Assembly: GCA_045132055.1 (NCBI GenBank)
Contig: JBGURP010000033.1
Location: forward strand, 128,806-192,805
Source: Bacteroidales bacterium
GTDB taxonomy: Bacteria > Bacteroidota > Bacteroidia > Bacteroidales > WCHB1-69
Reading direction: 5' to 3'
Length of the DNA: 64,000 bases
Numbering within the stretch: position 1 is the stretch's first letter; each line of letters starts with the position of its first letter. This document shows, in pieces, positions 61,737 to 64,000 of this stretch. The notes below the pieces were generated by a model. It saw nothing but the letters and a program-made list of their open reading frames with translations, was not told the origin of the DNA and did no database searches. Made by a program: the position numbers and the translations under genes.

Positions 61737-62543
61737 TTACCGCAAATCGCGGAGAGGGATTTCGTAACTGGCAGCTGTGTGGCCGCCTCTCCATTTCGGC
61801 ATTCCCTTCAGGATTTTGGTGGCTTCTGCGCGGAATGCCTGCTCATTGGCAGACAGCGACTCTTCTTTCGGTTGGAACACCACATCCTTCACTTCGCCGG
61901 TTTCGCTGATAATGAGCACGATGTATGCATTGTAGTACTTCGCATTGTACAGGAAGTCCAACGGGGTACTCAATCGGGATTTCAACCATTGTGCCGGAGT
62001 GCCTTCAATGGAAGGATACCATTCGTGTGCTTCTACTGCAACACCGGGATCTTCAATTTCAATAATGCCTTCTGTTTCCCAATCCCAACCTTCATCTATG
62101 ATTAGGTCTTGTTTGGGCTTTTTCGTACAGTTGTTCGGCGCCGTGTCTATAGGGCTGAGGCCGAGCACCATCTCTATAGTATCTACTTGACCAGGAGCAG
62201 GCTTTTGTGCTTCTTGTCCTGTGGTTTCTTCTGAAATTTGTTGCGCTGAATTTTCACTGGCCAGTTTTGGCTGTTCCGTTTCTCCGCGTGTTTGTGGGAG
62301 GTGGCAGCTGCCCATCATCATGGAGGAAACGGCGATACCTGCTATCGTCACGGCTTTCCCAAGGCTCTGGCGTTTGGATAGCTCCTGTTCTATGTAGCGA
62401 ACTTCTGCCTCGCAGTAGGGACACGTGCCTCGGCAATCGCCTTCGTGGGTGCACTCGCGGGTATCCAGCGGGATTCCGTTCTCCCGCGCCACACGCTGCC
62501 GCACTTCCTTAAGATATTCACAGGTCCTTTTCCCTTTTTTCAT
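61737..62543 (-). CDS. single-pass membrane protein: Cys-rich cytoplasmic N-terminus + TonB-C-like C-terminal domain
   Basis: MKKGKRTCEYL...TRECTHEGDCRGTCPYCE (five Cys), TM helix AVTIAGIAVSSMMMGSC, and C-terminus ...VVFQPKEESLSANEQAFRAEATKILKGMPKWRGG. ATG 62543 is used instead of 62711. Confidence 0.65.
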   Translation of the reverse strand: MKKGKRTCEYLKEVRQRVARENGIPLDTRECTHEGDCRGTCPYCEAEVRYIEQELSKRQSLGKAVTIAGIAVSSMMMGSCHLPQTRGETEQPKLASENSAQQISEETTGQEAQKPAPGQVDTIEMVLGLSPIDTAPNNCTKKPKQDLIIDEGWDWETEGIIEIEDPGVAVEAHEWYPSIEGTPAQWLKSRLSTPLDFLYNAKYYNAYIVLIISETGEVKDVVFQPKEESLSANEQAFRAEATKILKGMPKWRGGHTAASYEIPLRDLR

Positions 62544-62608
62544 GATGATCAAATTGAGGATGCAAAAGTAAAAAAAATATCTTCGTTTGGTTTTTATTGA
62601 TGATTTTG

Positions 62609-62616
62609 TATTTTTG
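62609..62616 (+). promoter_or_regulatory. candidate -7 box (tatttttg) for the TonB-C gene
   Basis: 14 nt upstream of ATG 62630. Confidence 0.45.
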
Positions 62617-62629
62617 CAAAAAAAAGAAG

Positions 62630-63043
62630 ATGAAATCCCTAGTGAAAACCATATTCTTTCTGGTAATCTTATTGTCTTGTTATGCTGGGTTTGCACAAGT
62701 TGTTGTACCATTTAATTCCCAGTCTGAAACTCCGCCCGTGTATTTCACGGAGGAAATGCCTGAGTTTCCTGGTGGCAAGGATTCCCTGGACGCATATCTA
62801 CAACGGGAAATCAAGTATCCTCAGGTGGCGAAGGAGAATGCTATCACAGGCACCGTGCTGGTTGAATTTGTGGTGGAAAGGGATGGTCGGTTGACCAACG
62901 GAAAAGTGAAAATTTCGCTTTTTCCCGACTGCGATGAGGAGGCTTTACGTGTAGTCATGTCCATGCCGAGATGGAAACCAGGTAAAAATATGGGCCGACC
63001 TGTGCGCTGTTTCTATCAAGTGCCCGTCTCTTTTAGATTATGA
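62630..63043 (+). CDS. exported TonB C-terminal-domain protein
   Basis: Signal peptide. MPEFPGGKDSLDAYLQREIKYPQVAKENAITGTVLVEFVVERDGRL is the TonB_C signature. Confidence 0.8.
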   Translation: MKSLVKTIFFLVILLSCYAGFAQVVVPFNSQSETPPVYFTEEMPEFPGGKDSLDAYLQREIKYPQVAKENAITGTVLVEFVVERDGRLTNGKVKISLFPDCDEEALRVVMSMPRWKPGKNMGRPVRCFYQVPVSFRL

Positions 63044-63059
63044 TAATGGAATGCAGACG

Positions 63060-63686
63060 CTACCCGTTCATCACTTTGTAGGTGAACTGGTCAATTAATG
63101 CGAAACCTAATTCCCTGATTTTCATTATGCTCCGGTCAATGTCTTCAGTGGTGTTGAATTCCGGTATTTGTGGCACGCGGATGGTTACGTGTGCAGGGTT
63201 GGTATGTGCCGACAGCCAACACAGGTTCTCCCAAACTTGTACGTTGGATTTTCCCGTGTATGCTTTGTAGATTTCATTATTCGAGTCCTTGATGTCAATG
63301 ATGTAATGATTGACAATCGGATTCACTGTTTGCAGGGAGGATAGTGGCACATTCAGTGAGGTTTCCACCGTGATCTTCCAGCGGTCGGCACAGAGCTCGT
63401 GAAAACGGAGGATGAAATCAGGATGGAGCAGCGGCTCGCCCCCGCCGAAACACACCCCGCCGCCTGTGGCTACAAAGTAGAGGTCGTCGATGAGCAACAT
63501 CTGATAAAGCGATTCAGGAGTATGCCGGATTACTGGTGCATTCGCATCCAGGCAATAGAAGTTCAGACAGTAACGGCAATGCAACGGGCAGCCGTGAAAG
63601 GCCGCCAAAGTGGTCACGCCCTCCCCATCTATCCCGATGCGGTGTCTGCTAATTCCTATGAAAGGTGCTTCCTGTGTGTTCATCAT
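63060..63686 (-). CDS. small radical SAM protein (activase-like, NrdG/PflA-sized)
   Basis: GCPLHCRYC (CxxxCxxC) and CFGGGEPLLHPD. ~208 aa from ATG 63686. Confidence 0.75.
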   Translation of the reverse strand: MMNTQEAPFIGISRHRIGIDGEGVTTLAAFHGCPLHCRYCLNFYCLDANAPVIRHTPESLYQMLLIDDLYFVATGGGVCFGGGEPLLHPDFILRFHELCADRWKITVETSLNVPLSSLQTVNPIVNHYIIDIKDSNNEIYKAYTGKSNVQVWENLCWLSAHTNPAHVTIRVPQIPEFNTTEDIDRSIMKIRELGFALIDQFTYKVMNG

Positions 63687-63696
63687 TATAACGCTG

Positions 63697-63704
63697 CAAA
63701 GGTA
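63697..63704 (-). promoter_or_regulatory. candidate -7 box (tacctttg) for the radical SAM gene
   Basis: 11 nt upstream of ATG 63686, which implies a very short leader. Confidence 0.4.
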
Positions 63705-63807
63705 TGATTTTTCCATTAATACCATTCATTTTGATGTATCCGTATTCCATGTTTTATAGATGTTCTCGTACTGCTGGAACATCTGCTCTGCATGTCCGAA
63801 TTTTGAT

Positions 63808-63815
63808 TATCTTTG
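63808..63815 (+). promoter_or_regulatory. candidate -7 box (tatctttg) for ffh
   Basis: 52 nt upstream of ATG 63867. Confidence 0.45.
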
Positions 63816-63866
63816 CACCCGCGTTTTTTTGCGCGTATTGTTTTTTGAAAATTGAATTGTTGAAAT

Positions 63867-64000
63867 ATGTTTGAAAGTTTAACCGACAGATTAGACAGGG
63901 CGTTTAAGATTATCAAGGGCCAGGGCTACATCACCGAAATCAATGTGGCCGAGACGATGAAGGAGGTGCGCAAAGCACTGCTCGACGCCGATGTCAGCTA
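63867..64000 (+). CDS. ffh: signal recognition particle protein Ffh, 5' end (runs off the window)
   Basis: My translation is MFESLTDRLDRAFKIIKGQGYITEINVAETMKEVRKALLDADVS, the typical Ffh N-domain start. It is not in the ORF track because no stop is reached. Confidence 0.85.
   Translation, partial: MFESLTDRLDRAFKIIKGQGYITEINVAETMKEVRKALLDADVS

Overview
This 64-kb chromosomal window reads as Bacteroidota, probably Prevotellaceae-like. The evidence is TAnnTTTG -7 boxes in front of most operons, a T9SS C-terminal sorting domain, DUF3857/DUF3858 proteins and eukaryote-type glycogen enzymes. All functional calls come from my own reading of translated motifs and synteny; no database search was run. 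Gene order, left to right:
- (LptE-like 3' end)-hyp-secG, then tig-clpP-clpX, then htpG.
- An aryl-polyene-like lipid cluster (two KS, ACP, FabZ-like dehydratase, LolA-like, GT2, small DMT). It is split by a ~3.6-kb low-GC insert and flanked by GT4/Wzx/YfhO.
- Thiamine pyrophosphokinase, a fused glycogen synthase-phosphorylase, and an orphan CoA-transferase A subunit.
- A dsbD-lnt-giant C10 protease operon (2509 aa, T9SS cargo, highly repetitive).
- Hemerythrin plus a pseudo-receiver LuxR regulator, YbjQ, and two DUF3857 transglutaminase-like proteins coupled to glgB.
- DUF2147, pepC, a 481-aa membrane protein, and a GH29-GH3 fusion.
- Two ~0.5-kb direct repeats, each carrying an XRE regulator cassette with different divergent cargo (exported WG-repeat protein + patatin; a 3-TM protein).
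- Cupin, an LdcA-VanX fusion, msrA, TonB-C proteins, a small radical SAM protein, and the ffh 5' end.
I recognised no rRNA, tRNA, CRISPR, transposase or integrase. The most unusual signals are:
- the duplicated regulator cassettes around the patatin module;
- the lipid cluster interleaved with a complete extracytoplasmic-glycosylation gene set;
- a GC-rich structured element with an internal duplication (8640-8975);
- a ~130-nt perfect-stem hairpin (10912-11041);
- a recurrent family of 7-9-nt tandem arrays placed exactly at gene ends and starts.
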